This document shows, piece after piece, positions 40,939 to 55,538 of a DNA stretch of 64,000 nt. How positions within the stretch are numbered: the stretch's first letter is position 1; each line of letters starts with the position of its first letter. The position numbers were made by a program, and so were the translations under genes. Source of the DNA: Coriobacteriia bacterium (GTDB lineage Bacteria; Actinomycetota; Coriobacteriia; Anaerosomatales; SLCP01); assembly GCA_030603745.1 (NCBI GenBank), contig JAUVXE010000008.1:5675-69674 (forward strand), written 5' to 3'. Under the pieces are notes generated by a model. It was not told where the DNA came from and did not search any database. It saw nothing but the letters and a program-made list of their open reading frames with translations.

Positions 40939-41874
40939 ATGCGCGTGTTGGTCACCGGTGGCGCCGGTTTCATCGGCGCGAATCTCGTGCAGTCGCTCGT
41001 CGGAGCCCACGAGGTCGGGGTGATCGACGACCTGTCGACCGGCCGTCCCGAGAACCTGCATCCCATGAGCTGGACGCGCACGCTCGACATCCTCGACGAG
41101 CGGCTTCCCTCGGCGGTCGCCGAGTTCGCCCCCGACGCGGTGGTCCATCTCGCGGCCCAGTCGAGCGTCCCCCGCTCCCTCGTCGACCCCGACTTCGACT
41201 GGCGCGTCAACGTCGACGGCACCCGCGCGGTCGCCGCCGCGGCCATCGAGGCCGGCGTGAGCAGGTTCATCTCCGCCTCCTCGGCGGCGGTCTACGGGGC
41301 CCCGGCCGAGGTGCCGCTCACGGAGTGCTCCCAGAAGGGCCCGGCCAACCCGTACGGGAGCTCGAAGCTCGCCGCCGAGCAGGTCCTCGCCGAGGAGCTC
41401 GCGGGCACGCCGGTCGACTTCGCGTCGTTCCGCTTCTCCAACGTCTACGGCCCGCGGCAGGACGCGCACGGGGAGGGCGGCGTGATCGCCGCCTTCTGCG
41501 GGGCGCTCGCCGCCGGGCAGACCCCCCAGATCCACGGCGACGGCACGCAGACCCGCGACTTCATCTACGTCGGTGACGTCGTGGCCGCGATCACGGTGGC
41601 CCTCGCTCACGAGGGGCGCTTGCGGGAGGCCGACGCGTGCGGCCCCGCGTACAACATCTCGACGGGGGAGGAGACCTCGGTCGTCGCCATCGCCGAGGCG
41701 CTCAGGCCGGTGGCGTCGTTCTTCGGCGAGTACGAGCGGGTGTCGCCCCGGCCCGCGGACGTCGCGCGCAGCGCGCTCGACGCCTCGAAGGCGCGCGACG
41801 TGTTCGCGTGGGACGCGCGGGTTCCGCTCCCGGCGGGTCTCGCCGTCACCTACCGCTGGTTCGCGCGCGCATGA
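40939..41874 (+). CDS. NAD-dependent epimerase/dehydratase (GalE-like)
   Basis: TGGAGFIG, SSAAVYG, YGSSK, NVYGPRQ, RDFIYVGD. Confidence 0.93.
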   Translation: MRVLVTGGAGFIGANLVQSLVGAHEVGVIDDLSTGRPENLHPMSWTRTLDILDERLPSAVAEFAPDAVVHLAAQSSVPRSLVDPDFDWRVNVDGTRAVAAAAIEAGVSRFISASSAAVYGAPAEVPLTECSQKGPANPYGSSKLAAEQVLAEELAGTPVDFASFRFSNVYGPRQDAHGEGGVIAAFCGALAAGQTPQIHGDGTQTRDFIYVGDVVAAITVALAHEGRLREADACGPAYNISTGEETSVVAIAEALRPVASFFGEYERVSPRPADVARSALDASKARDVFAWDARVPLPAGLAVTYRWFARA

Positions 41875-42440
41875 GCGGGAGGGAGCCGATGTCGCCGGCC
41901 GACGACGTGCGCGAGCTCGCCGACGCCTATGCACGCAAGGTCGACGCGGAGCTCGCCGCCGCCGATCGGGAGGCGCCCGGGTCGGACGTCGTGCCGAGCT
42001 CCGGCGACCCGTACGCCGTCGTGATGCTCGTCAAGGGCGACCCCGGACCGGCCGAGGTCGCGGGCGGGGCAGCGCTGTCCGGGCCCGACGGGGAGGCCGC
42101 GCGCAAGGCGCTGCTCGCGCTCGGGTTCGAGGAGGACGAGGTGTTCGCGACCGTCGCCCGTCCCGAGGCGGGGATCGATCCCGCGGCCCTCGCCCGGCGG
42201 TTGCGCCTGCAGGTCGAGGCGGTCGACCCGTTCGCGGTGGTCGCCCTCGACGGCGTGGCCGCCGAGATCCTCGCCGCCGCCTTCGGGCTTGCCCGGGTGC
42301 CGTTCGGGCGCGAGATCCGCACATTGGGCCGGGTGCTCGTCGCGGTCGACGGGCTCGAGGCCTCCCTCGGCGATCCGCCGGCCAAGCAGCGCGTCTGGCA
42401 GCACTTCCAGGCGCTCGGCCCGCGCGAGCCCGCCCTGTAA
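41871..42440 (+). CDS. Hypothetical protein with degenerate uracil-DNA glycosylase (family 4)-like fold
   Basis: SGDPYAVVMLVKGDPG, SGPDG, LRLQVEAVDP.AVVAL, KQRVW; ATGA overlap. Confidence 0.6.
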   Translation: MSGREPMSPADDVRELADAYARKVDAELAAADREAPGSDVVPSSGDPYAVVMLVKGDPGPAEVAGGAALSGPDGEAARKALLALGFEEDEVFATVARPEAGIDPAALARRLRLQVEAVDPFAVVALDGVAAEILAAAFGLARVPFGREIRTLGRVLVAVDGLEASLGDPPAKQRVWQHFQALGPREPAL

Positions 42441-42457
42441 CAGGCGGGCGGGAAGCG

Positions 42458-42646
42458 TCAGTCCTCCTCGATCTCCGGGATCGCGCCCATCGGGCACTCC
42501 TCCATGCACGCCGCGCAGGCGGTGCAGTCGTCGTCGTTGACGGCGACGGCGACGTCGCCCACGAGCTCGAGCACGCCCTCGGGACATGCGTCCACGCAGA
42601 TCCCGCAGGCGGAGCAGTCGTCGGCCTCGATGATCGGTCGGGGCAT
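42458..42646 (-). CDS. 2[4Fe-4S] ferredoxin
   Basis: CSACGICVDACP and CTACAACMEECP; SD GAGGGAGG. Confidence 0.95.
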   Translation of the reverse strand: MPRPIIEADDCSACGICVDACPEGVLELVGDVAVAVNDDDCTACAACMEECPMGAIPEIEED

Positions 42647-42785
42647 CGATCCTCCCTCGTCACACGGCGTACGGGCGGTCGGCCGCCCCGGTCTCGCCGT
42701 ACGTTAACCGCCGTCGCGCGCGGTGTAAAGAGGCAGGGTTTACCTTCCGGCCGTGCGTGGGTATAGACGGGGTGTTAGCATGAAA

Positions 42786-42815
42786 CTTGACAACGACGCA
42801 CTCAGATTCTAGGAT
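42786..42815 (+). promoter_or_regulatory. dnaK promoter with overlapping HAIR-like (HspR) operator
   Basis: TTGACA (42787)-N17-TAGGAT (42810); CTTGACA-N7-ACTCAGA versus HAIR CTTGAGT-N7-ACTCAAG. Confidence 0.75.
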
Positions 42816-42897
42816 TCGGCTCCATCGGTACCAGGGTGGACCGGACGTGATTCCACGCGCCCGCCCGGGCGCGTCCGTCATGAGAGGAGAGCGACAG

Positions 42898-44811
<1,914 letters not shown>

Positions 44812-44813
44812 TC

Positions 44814-45395
44814 ATGCGCAAGGCACCGAAAGAGCCCGCGGACACCGGGTCCGACGCGCCCTTCGATCCCGAGCTCGAGAGCGACCTCGGCGCGGAACTC
44901 GAGTTGCGCGGGGACCAGCTGCTCGCGGAGCTCGAGGCCGCCCGCGACGAGGCGGCGACGCACCGCGAGACCGCCCAGCGCGTGCAGGCGGAGTTCGAGA
45001 ACTTCCGCAAGCGCATGACGCGCGACCATGGCGACGCGGTGAAGCGCGCCGGCGAGCGGATCATCGGCGAGTTGCTGCCGGTGATCGACAACCTGGAGCG
45101 TGCGATCTCACACGCGACCGGGGAGGGCGATACGGCCGGCGAGCTGCTCGCCGGGGTGCAGATGGTCCACGGGCAGCTGCTCGACGTGCTGGCCAAGGAG
45201 GGAGTCGTCGTCGACGACCCCTCCGGCCGGCCCTTCGACGCGCTCGCGCACCAGGCGGTGGGGCAGCACGAGGACCCGGCGCTGCCGGAGGGCACCGTGG
45301 TCGAGGTCTACCAGAAGGGCTACGAGCTGCACGGCAGGACGATCCGGCCCGCGATGGTCGTGGTCTCGACCGGAGGCCCCGCGCCCAAGGAGTGA
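44814..45395 (+). CDS. grpE: Nucleotide exchange factor GrpE
   Basis: AEFENFRKR, LLPVIDNLERA, QKGY...RPAMV. Confidence 0.97.
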   Translation: MRKAPKEPADTGSDAPFDPELESDLGAELELRGDQLLAELEAARDEAATHRETAQRVQAEFENFRKRMTRDHGDAVKRAGERIIGELLPVIDNLERAISHATGEGDTAGELLAGVQMVHGQLLDVLAKEGVVVDDPSGRPFDALAHQAVGQHEDPALPEGTVVEVYQKGYELHGRTIRPAMVVVSTGGPAPKE

Positions 45396-45404
45396 TCCGA
45401 GCCG

Positions 45405-46547
45405 ATGCCGGCCACCAAGAACTACTACGACATCCTCGGCGTGAAGAAGGACGCCTCGGCCGACGAGATCAAGAAGGCCTTCCGCCGCCTCGCGCGCAAG
45501 CATCATCCCGACACGGGCGGCTCGGAGGACAAGTTCAAGGAGCTCAACGAGGCGTACGAGGTCCTCTCGGATGCCGAGAAACGCGCGCAGTACGACCAGT
45601 ACGGGGCGTACTTCGGCGGCGGCATGCCACCGGGCGGTGGCGGTCCGGGCGGCGCGGGCGCGGGATGGCCGGGAGGCGGGGGCGTCCACTACCAGCACGT
45701 CGATCTCGGCGACCTCGGGGACCTGGGCGACGTGTTCGGGAGCGTGTTCGGTGGAGGGTTCGGCGGGGCGCGGACCGCAGGGCGCGCGGCCGGGAGGTCG
45801 GCGCAGCGGGGACGCGACCTGACCTACGAGATCACGCTCGACTTCGACGAGGCGCTGCAGGGCATCTCGACCAAGGTCGACGTCCAGCGGGCCGAGCGGT
45901 GCGCGACGTGCAAAGGGTCGGGCGCCCGGCCGGGCACCTCGCCGGTGACCTGCCCCACGTGCGGCGGCGCCGGGCACGTGAGCGAGGGCCAGGGCATGTT
46001 CGCGTTCTCGCGGCCCTGTCCGCGGTGCGGAGGCGAGGGCACGGTCATCGAGTCGCCGTGCTCGACCTGCAAGGGCAAGGGCACGGTGGTGAAGGTCAAG
46101 CCGGTCACGGTCAACGTGCCGCCGGGCGTGACCGACGGCGGGAAGCTGCGCTTCAAAGGCAAGGGCGAACCTGGACAGGGAGGCGCGCCGGCGGGCGACC
46201 TGTACGTGGTCACCCACATCCGGAAGCACCCGTACTTCCGGCGCGAGGGCGCCGACGTGTGGATGGACCTGCCGGTGACCATCGACGAGGCGGCGCTCGG
46301 GGCCGAGGTGAGGATCCCGGTCCCCGGGGGCGGCAAGGTCAAGCTCAAGGTCGCGCCCGGGACCCAGGACGGGGCGGTCCACCACCTCTCCGGCAAGGGG
46401 GCGCCCAAGCTCAAGGGGAGCGGCACCGGCGACCTGAAGGTCCGTACCCGGGTGGTCGTCCCGGAGAAGCTGACCGCCGAGCAGAAGGAGCTGTTGAAGC
46501 GGTTCGCCTCCTCCCGCGGCGAGGACGTGCGGGCGCACATCGTCTGA
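45405..46547 (+). CDS. dnaJ: Chaperone DnaJ
   Basis: J domain with HPD, G/F region, four CxxCxGxG repeats. Confidence 0.97.
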   Translation: MPATKNYYDILGVKKDASADEIKKAFRRLARKHHPDTGGSEDKFKELNEAYEVLSDAEKRAQYDQYGAYFGGGMPPGGGGPGGAGAGWPGGGGVHYQHVDLGDLGDLGDVFGSVFGGGFGGARTAGRAAGRSAQRGRDLTYEITLDFDEALQGISTKVDVQRAERCATCKGSGARPGTSPVTCPTCGGAGHVSEGQGMFAFSRPCPRCGGEGTVIESPCSTCKGKGTVVKVKPVTVNVPPGVTDGGKLRFKGKGEPGQGGAPAGDLYVVTHIRKHPYFRREGADVWMDLPVTIDEAALGAEVRIPVPGGGKVKLKVAPGTQDGAVHHLSGKGAPKLKGSGTGDLKVRTRVVVPEKLTAEQKELLKRFASSRGEDVRAHIV

Positions 46548-46614
46548 GTGACGTGGGGCGGTCGCGGTGTCAGGGCCGGCCCGACGCGCATGAGGTTCTT
46601 GAAAGGACGGAGCG

Positions 46615-47016
46615 GTGGCGACACGAGGAGACAGGGCGAACCGGCGGCCGCTGTACATGATCAGCGTCGCCGCCGAGCTGGCCGGCATGCACCCGCAGAC
46701 GCTGCGGATCTACGAGCGAAAGCAGCTCATCCGTCCGCAGCGCTCGGCCGGGAACACCCGCCTCTACTCCGAGGCCGACATCGAGCGCCTGCGCACGATC
46801 CAGCATCTCACCCAGGTGGAGGGGATCAACCTGGCCGGGGTCGAGCGGATCCTCGGCCTGCAGCGCGAGGTCGAGCGGCTCCGCGAGGAGCTCGACCGGG
46901 TGAGCGGGCACGCGGCGGAGATGCGCAAGCGTGTCGAGGACGCTCCCCGGCCGGCGTACAAGGCGGAGATCGTGATGGTGCGCCGGGGCTCGCTCGTCCG
47001 GAGGGTCGACGGATGA
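46615..47016 (+). CDS. hspR: Heat-shock repressor HspR (MerR family)
   Basis: [29 protein letters not shown]; position after dnaJ. Confidence 0.93.
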   Translation: MATRGDRANRRPLYMISVAAELAGMHPQTLRIYERKQLIRPQRSAGNTRLYSEADIERLRTIQHLTQVEGINLAGVERILGLQREVERLREELDRVSGHAAEMRKRVEDAPRPAYKAEIVMVRRGSLVRRVDG

Positions 47017-47126
47017 CGACCACCCGCCACAAGACCTGGTGGATCGTCGTGGCGGTGGTGCTGCTGGTCGCCCTCGGCCTGACGCGGGTCGCGGGCGCTC
47101 TGATCCGACTGTTCGGCGGCGGGTAG
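47013..47126 (+). CDS. 37-aa single-TM small protein
   Basis: [37 protein letters not shown]; ATGA overlap with the hspR stop, GGAGGG upstream. Confidence 0.55.
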   Translation: MTTTRHKTWWIVVAVVLLVALGLTRVAGALIRLFGGG

Positions 47127-47151
47127 ACAGCGAGAAGGAGTCTGAGGACAG

Positions 47152-49737
<2,586 letters not shown>

Positions 49738-49828
49738 GGGCCGTGCCCGTTTCGGATAGAGGTGTCAGTGGTTGCCTGGCCCCCTCGCCATGGCGGGGCC
49801 AGGCAAGGACAGTGGAGGTGATGTGACC

Positions 49829-50293
49829 ATGGCGATCATGCGTTGGGACCCGTTCGGCGAGATGCTGCGCATGCAGCGGGATATGGACCGCATCTTCTCG
49901 AGGATGGGCAGCGGAGAGGGCCGGAGCGGCGAGACCACCTCGGCAGTCGCGTGGATGCCCAAGATCGACGTGAAGACCAAGGGCGACGACATCGTCGTGC
50001 GCGCGGAGTTGCCCGGCATCGATCCCGCCGGGGTCGATATCGAGGTGACCGACGGCGTGCTCACCATCAGGGGCGAGCGCAAGGTCGAGGAGGAGCGCGA
50101 GGACGAGGGCTGGCTCATCCGCGAGTCGAGCTGGGGCACCTTCGAGCGCTCGATGGTCCTGCCCGAGGGCGTGGACCCGGGTGCGATCAGCGCCGACTAC
50201 GCCGACGGCATCCTCGAGGTGCACGTGCCCAAGGCGCTCGAGGCCGCCAAGCCCAAGACCACCAAGATCGCGATCGGCGGAGGCGCGGAGTAG
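49829..50293 (+). CDS. Hsp20/alpha-crystallin small heat-shock protein
   Basis: RWDPF, AELPG, LTIRGER, GTFERS, DGILEV; SD GGAGGTG. Confidence 0.95.
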   Translation: MAIMRWDPFGEMLRMQRDMDRIFSRMGSGEGRSGETTSAVAWMPKIDVKTKGDDIVVRAELPGIDPAGVDIEVTDGVLTIRGERKVEEEREDEGWLIRESSWGTFERSMVLPEGVDPGAISADYADGILEVHVPKALEAAKPKTTKIAIGGGAE

Positions 50294-50322
50294 CGTCTCC
50301 GTGCGGCGCGCGGGTCGTCTCG

Positions 50323-50349
50323 CAAGGGCCCCGGATCCCGGGGCCCTTG
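50323..50349 (+). terminator. Hairpin ending the chaperone operon
   Basis: CAAGGGCCCCGG-ATC-CCGGGGCCCTTG, 12-bp stem. Confidence 0.7.
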
Positions 50350-50549
50350 GCATCTCCCGGCCGGGGAGCGCGCGAGATGTCCGCACCGTCCGCCGAGCCG
50401 GGGCGGCCGCTCGCGGAACGCACCCCGGCGGTGCGGTTCACGCACCCGGGTTTCCCGTCCATAGTGGAGCACACTCGTCCGGCGGCCCACGGGGGTGGCG
50501 CAGCCGGGCACCTATCGCATCGTCAGACCCAACGGGAGGGACGACCGTC

Positions 50550-51866
50550 ATGGGCCAGGGCGTGACGCTCACGCGTGGCTGGATAGTCACGCTTGCCGGT
50601 CTCGGCATCAACCTCGCGCTCGGCGTGCTCTACGCCTGGAGCGTCATCGCCAAGCAGCTGACCGCCGAGTGGGGCTGGTCGGCGGGTCAGGCGAGCCTGC
50701 CGTATGCGATAGCCGTCGGGGTGTTCGCGCTCTCGATGGTCTTCGCCGGTCGCGCGCAGGACCGCTTCGGCCCGCGGCTCGTCGCCACCATCGGCGGCGT
50801 GTTCACGGGAGGCGGACTGCTGGTCGCGAGCCTGGCGACGCCGGAGCGCACCTGGCCGATCGTCGTGGGCTTCGGCCTGTTCGCCGGTCTCGGTATCGGG
50901 CTCGGGTACGCGTCGGCGACGCCCGCCGCCGTCAAGTGGTTCCCCCCGCATCGCAAGGGCCTGATCACCGGACTCGTGGTGGCCGGCTTCGGGCTCGCGA
51001 GCGTCTACATCGCGCCGCTCACGAGCGTCCTGCTCGCCTCGGCGGGCATCGCGGGCACCTTCCGGGTGCTCGGCGTCGCGTTCGTCATCGCGTGCGTAGG
51101 CCTCGCGCAGCTGCTCGCCAACCCGCCCGCAGGGTTCGTGCCCGCCGGCACGAGGGCCCCCGCGCCGCGCATCGCCGTCGCGAACGGCACCGCGATCGAG
51201 TCCGAGGCGCCGGAGGACGGCGGGCAACGCGACTTCGACTGGCGCGAGATGGTCCGCACCCGCCAGTTCGCCCTGCTCTGGCTCATGTACGCCTTCTCGG
51301 CGTTCGCCGGTCTGATGATCATCGGTCACATGGCCAAGATCGCCGCCGTCCAGCTGAGCGGCGTGGAACTCGGCTTCGTGCTCGTGGCGGTGCTCGCGAT
51401 CGGCAACGCCCTCGGGCGGGTGGTGGCAGGGATCGTCTCGGACCGCATCGGCGGGATCAAGACGATGCTCGTGGTGTTCGTCGCGCAGGCGGCGCTCATG
51501 GGCGCCCTCGCGTTCTCGGCGACCCCGCTCGCGCTCATGCCGGTCGCGGCCGCCGTCGGCTTCTGCTACGGCGCGAACCTCTCGCTCTTCCCCTCGACGA
51601 CCGCCGGCTACTTCGGCACGAAGCACCTCGGCGTGAACTACGGGCTCGTCTTCACCGCATGGGGCGTGGGCGGCGTGTTCGGCTCGCTCACGGCGGGTTC
51701 GATCGTCGACTCCACCGGCACGTACGCGGTGGCCTACGGCGCGGCAGCGGTGCTCTGCATCGTGGCGGCGGCCCTGACCTTGGTCACCAAGCCTCCCGCG
51801 CCCCGCTCCGCCGCCGCGCCCGCGACCGAGCTGCGTCCTGCCGAGGCGGGCGCGAAGGCGGCCTAG
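50550..51866 (+). CDS. OFA-family (oxalate/formate antiporter-like) MFS transporter
   Basis: LGVLYAWS, GRAQDRFGPR, KWFP..KGLITG, GVNYGLVF. Confidence 0.9.
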   Translation: MGQGVTLTRGWIVTLAGLGINLALGVLYAWSVIAKQLTAEWGWSAGQASLPYAIAVGVFALSMVFAGRAQDRFGPRLVATIGGVFTGGGLLVASLATPERTWPIVVGFGLFAGLGIGLGYASATPAAVKWFPPHRKGLITGLVVAGFGLASVYIAPLTSVLLASAGIAGTFRVLGVAFVIACVGLAQLLANPPAGFVPAGTRAPAPRIAVANGTAIESEAPEDGGQRDFDWREMVRTRQFALLWLMYAFSAFAGLMIIGHMAKIAAVQLSGVELGFVLVAVLAIGNALGRVVAGIVSDRIGGIKTMLVVFVAQAALMGALAFSATPLALMPVAAAVGFCYGANLSLFPSTTAGYFGTKHLGVNYGLVFTAWGVGGVFGSLTAGSIVDSTGTYAVAYGAAAVLCIVAAALTLVTKPPAPRSAAAPATELRPAEAGAKAA

Positions 51867-52252
51867 ACCGGCGGAGTCTCCCTCTCGCCGAGGAGGACCG
51901 CGACCCGGGCGCGCAGCTCGTCCTTGTCGAACGGCTTGACGAGATAGTCGGCCGCGCCGATCCCCTCGGCGTGCGCGATATCTCCCTCTCCGGCCGCGGT
52001 GGTGAGCATCATCACCGGACACGGCGAGGCGCCGGACGCCTCGAGGCGTTCGAGAACCTCGAACCCCGACATCCCCGGCATCACGAGGTCGAGCAGCAGG
52101 AGGTCGGGAGGGTCGGTCGCGAGTGCGGCGAGCGCGGACGGCCCGTCGGCGGCCTCGTCGACGGTGTAGCCCACCGTCGTGAGCGCGGCCTTCACGAGCG
52201 TGCGGATGAACCCGTTGTCGTCCGCGACCAGTATCCGCGCGGGTCTCGTCAT
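51863..52252 (-). CDS. Single-domain response regulator
   Basis: VADDN, LDLVMP, KPF. Confidence 0.9.
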   Translation of the reverse strand: MTRPARILVADDNGFIRTLVKAALTTVGYTVDEAADGPSALAALATDPPDLLLLDLVMPGMSGFEVLERLEASGASPCPVMMLTTAAGEGDIAHAEGIGAADYLVKPFDKDELRARVAVLLGERETPPV

Positions 52253-52379
52253 GGGGCACCCCCGGTTCCTCCTGCGTGTATACCCACGCGCGGGACTCGG
52301 GATCGCGGCGCGCCCGGGGCAGGGGACGGCGCCCGGCCGTCGAAGATGAGGGGAGCAGCCCCGTGCAGCGGGAGGCTCG

Positions 52380-54563
52380 ATGCCGGACTCGACGCGTCAG
52401 AACCGGTCGGAGTTCCACATCCGGGCCCTCATGGCGAACGCCTCCGAGGGCTTCGTGGTCGTGGACCCCGGGGGTGTCGTGCGCGTCGCGAACGAGGCGG
52501 CGGCGCGGATGTTTCGCGTCGAGCGTTCCGAGGCGGTGGGCGCCCCGATCGAGTCCCTCGGCTGCCCTGGACTCGCCGAGGCGGTGCGCTGCTCGCTCGC
52601 GTGTGACCCGCCCACCCCTACCTCCGTGGTCGTCACGCCCGGCGACTCCGTGCTGACCTGCCGGCTCGCGCCCTTCGGCGCGGATGAGGACGCAGGGGTG
52701 GAGGACGCCGGAGTCGCGGTGGTCGTGAGGGACGACACCGAGCTCATCCGGCAACAGGACCACGCCGAGGCGATCCTCGCGGGTGCGGGCGACGGGCTGA
52801 TCGTCTTCGCGCCCGACAGCAGGGTGACCTACGTGAACCCCGCGGCCGTCGAGCTCCTCGGGCCGGCCGCCTCCGAGGCGGTGGGCACCCGGGCCTCGCT
52901 CGCCGACATCGTGGGCGTCGAGGCCATCGCCGCCCTCGACGGCGCCGGCAAGCTCACGGCGGGCGAGGTCGCCGAGGTCACCCTCACCGAGCCGGAGCAC
53001 CGCGTGCTCGAGGTGCGCACCAACCCCGTGGTCGACCGGACGGGGCGCTCGCTCGGGTGCGTGAGCACGTTGCACGACGTGACCGCTGCGCGCGAGATCG
53101 CCGTGATGAAGAACGAGTTCGTCTCGATGGTCAGTCATGAGCTGCGCACCCCGCTCACCTCGATCAAGGGGTACGTCGACCTCATCGTCGACGGCGACGC
53201 AGGGGAGATCAACGAGATACAGCGCGAGTTCCTCGGTATCGTGCAGGAGAACTCCGACCGGCTGGTCTCTCTCATCAACGACCTGCTCGACATCTCGCGG
53301 ATCGAGTCGGGGCGCGTGCACCTCAAGATCGAGCCGCTCGACGTGGCCGAGGTGATCGAGGGAGTCGTCGACACGTTCCGCACCGTCGCCGACGCGCAGG
53401 GCGTCACGCTCGAGTGGCACGTCGCCCGGGGGCTGCCCAAGATGGCGGGCGACCGCGACCGCGCGGGGCAGGTGCTGATGAACCTCGTGAGCAACGCGAT
53501 CAAGTACTCGCCCGGCGGCGGGACGGCGAGGATCGAGGCGCACCGGCACGGCGGCGAGGTCGTCATCTCGGTCGCCGACAGCGGCATCGGGATCTCGGAG
53601 GAGGACCAGCGCCAGCTGTTCACCAAGTTCTTCCGGGTCGACTCGTCGCTGACCCGTGAGATCGGCGGTACGGGGCTGGGGCTGTCGATCTGCAAGAGCG
53701 TGGTCGAGCTGCAGGGAGGAAGGATCTGGGCCACGAGCACGTCGGGGGAGGGGTCGACCTTCGCCTTCACGGTGCCGGTGGCGCCCGAGGAGCTCGTACG
53801 CACCCCCGACGTCGCGGGACCAGCCCGGGCCTCGGGCACGGTGCTCGTCATCGACCACGACCCCGAGATCGCCGACCTCGTAGAGGCCTACCTGCGCAAG
53901 CGCGGCTACGACGTGGTCAAGGCCACGAGCGCCGCCGAGGCGCGGGCGCGCGTCGCCGAGGCGTCGCCGTGCCTGATCACCCTCGACGTCATGCTCGACG
54001 ACGTCGACGGGTTCGAGCTGCTCCAGCAGCTCAAGGACGACCCGTCGACCGCCGAGGTGCCGATCCTGGTCCTCTCCATCGTCTGCGACGAGGGCAAGAG
54101 CCTGCGCCTCGGCGCGGCGGACTACCTCGAGAAGCCGATCGACCAGACTCGGCTCATGCGCATCGTCGACGGCCTCGTGGGCATCAAAGAGTCGCCACTC
54201 GCGGTGGTGGCCGACGACGACCGGCACATCGTCGACGTGCTCGCGCGCCTGCTTCGCAACAAGGGCTTCGCGGTCGCCAAGGCGTATAACGGGCGCGAGA
54301 CGATGGCCGCCGTGGAGCGCCGCACGCCCGACCTGATCCTGCTCGATCTCAAGATGCCGGTGATGGACGGGTATCAGGTGATCCAGGAGATCAAGACCCA
54401 TCCGCGGACCTCGGAGATACCGATCGTGGTGATGACGGCTCACCGCATCGACCACGATCGCATCGACCTGCTCAAACTCACGGCCGGGCAGGTCAGCAAG
54501 CCGTTCAGCGCCGAGCAACTGGCCGAGCGCGTGGAGCGGATCCTCGACGAGGGGGTGGTGTAG
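52380..54563 (+). CDS. Cytoplasmic PAS-PAS hybrid histidine kinase with two receiver domains
   Basis: Two PAS domains, SHELRTPLTS, NAIKYS, GTGLGL, two REC domains. Confidence 0.93.
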   Translation: MPDSTRQNRSEFHIRALMANASEGFVVVDPGGVVRVANEAAARMFRVERSEAVGAPIESLGCPGLAEAVRCSLACDPPTPTSVVVTPGDSVLTCRLAPFGADEDAGVEDAGVAVVVRDDTELIRQQDHAEAILAGAGDGLIVFAPDSRVTYVNPAAVELLGPAASEAVGTRASLADIVGVEAIAALDGAGKLTAGEVAEVTLTEPEHRVLEVRTNPVVDRTGRSLGCVSTLHDVTAAREIAVMKNEFVSMVSHELRTPLTSIKGYVDLIVDGDAGEINEIQREFLGIVQENSDRLVSLINDLLDISRIESGRVHLKIEPLDVAEVIEGVVDTFRTVADAQGVTLEWHVARGLPKMAGDRDRAGQVLMNLVSNAIKYSPGGGTARIEAHRHGGEVVISVADSGIGISEEDQRQLFTKFFRVDSSLTREIGGTGLGLSICKSVVELQGGRIWATSTSGEGSTFAFTVPVAPEELVRTPDVAGPARASGTVLVIDHDPEIADLVEAYLRKRGYDVVKATSAAEARARVAEASPCLITLDVMLDDVDGFELLQQLKDDPSTAEVPILVLSIVCDEGKSLRLGAADYLEKPIDQTRLMRIVDGLVGIKESPLAVVADDDRHIVDVLARLLRNKGFAVAKAYNGRETMAAVERRTPDLILLDLKMPVMDGYQVIQEIKTHPRTSEIPIVVMTAHRIDHDRIDLLKLTAGQVSKPFSAEQLAERVERILDEGVV

Positions 54564-54566
54564 CCG

Positions 54567-54947
54567 ATGGCCCGGATCCTGGTCGTGGACGACGAGCCGC
54601 ATATCGTCCGGCTGGTCGCCTTCTCGCTCGAGAAGCGGGGACACGAGGTCCGCACCGCGCCGGACGCCCCGAGCGGTCTGGCCCTCGCCGCCGAGTGGCT
54701 CCCGGACCTCATCCTCATGGACGTGATGATGCCGGTGATGACCGGGCTCGAGGCGCTCGACCGGCTCAAGACCGGGGCGGCCACCTGCGAGATACCGGTC
54801 GTGATGCTCTCGGCGAAGAGCCAACACTACGAGCAGGAAGAGGGAGTACGGCGGGGCGCGACGAAGTACATCTGCAAACCGTTCACGCCGAGCGCGCTGG
54901 CCGACGAGGTCGCATCGGTGCTGGACGGGGACGTTCCTGAGACGTAA
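54567..54947 (+). CDS. Single-domain response regulator
   Basis: VVDDE, MDVMMP, KPF. Confidence 0.92.
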   Translation: MARILVVDDEPHIVRLVAFSLEKRGHEVRTAPDAPSGLALAAEWLPDLILMDVMMPVMTGLEALDRLKTGAATCEIPVVMLSAKSQHYEQEEGVRRGATKYICKPFTPSALADEVASVLDGDVPET

Positions 54948-54958
54948 GGGGTGACGCA

Positions 54959-55417
54959 GTGGCAAGGAAGATCCTGGCGGTCGACGACGAGCCGTCCATC
55001 GTGCGGCTCGTGAGCGCGGCGCTGACCGCGCGCGGGTACGAGGTCGTGACCGCGGCCGACGGCGAGGAGGCGCTTGCCAAGGTCGCCGAGGAGCGTCCCG
55101 ACCTCATCGTCTGCGACATCATGATGCCGAGGATGGACGGACGCGAGGTCGCGCGGCGTCTGGCGGCGGACCCCGTCACGCGCAAGATCCCGCTCATCTT
55201 CCTCTCGGCCATCGGTGACCTCGACGACCAGCTCGACACGTTGCAGGAGGGCGGCCAGGAGTATCTCACCAAGCCGTTCAACCCCGCCGAGCTCGCCTCC
55301 TACGTCGAGGCGATGCTCGACCCGGATCGTGCCGACGAGGTCGCCAAGCTGCGCCAGCAGCACGTGGGCAAGCTCCGGGCGATGACCAACATCATGCATC
55401 GGCGCCAGGGGTCGTGA
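54959..55417 (+). CDS. Response regulator with short C-terminal extension
   Basis: AVDDE, CDIMMP, KPF. Confidence 0.9.
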   Translation: MARKILAVDDEPSIVRLVSAALTARGYEVVTAADGEEALAKVAEERPDLIVCDIMMPRMDGREVARRLAADPVTRKIPLIFLSAIGDLDDQLDTLQEGGQEYLTKPFNPAELASYVEAMLDPDRADEVAKLRQQHVGKLRAMTNIMHRRQGS

Positions 55418-55538
55418 CGCGCGGGTATATCCTCGGTGTCTGTCGTGAGAGGATGACGCCTGCGGAGGCTCGACCGAAGGGGTGAGGGCGGCGGAACGGT
55501 CACCGGCAGGGTCGCCGTTCGAGGTGGCTGGCGAACTC

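Noticed and set aside
42774-42800. CIRCE (HrcA) element before dnaK
   Set aside because: Only TTAGCA matches; the right arm GAGTGCTAA is absent and HAIR explains the region better
50523-54965. 1480-aa minus-strand ORF and similar long ORFs (1697-3811, 20319-22196, 36172-38106, 42802-44445)
   Set aside because: Antisense shadows of well-supported genes, expected in high-GC DNA; no recognisable motifs
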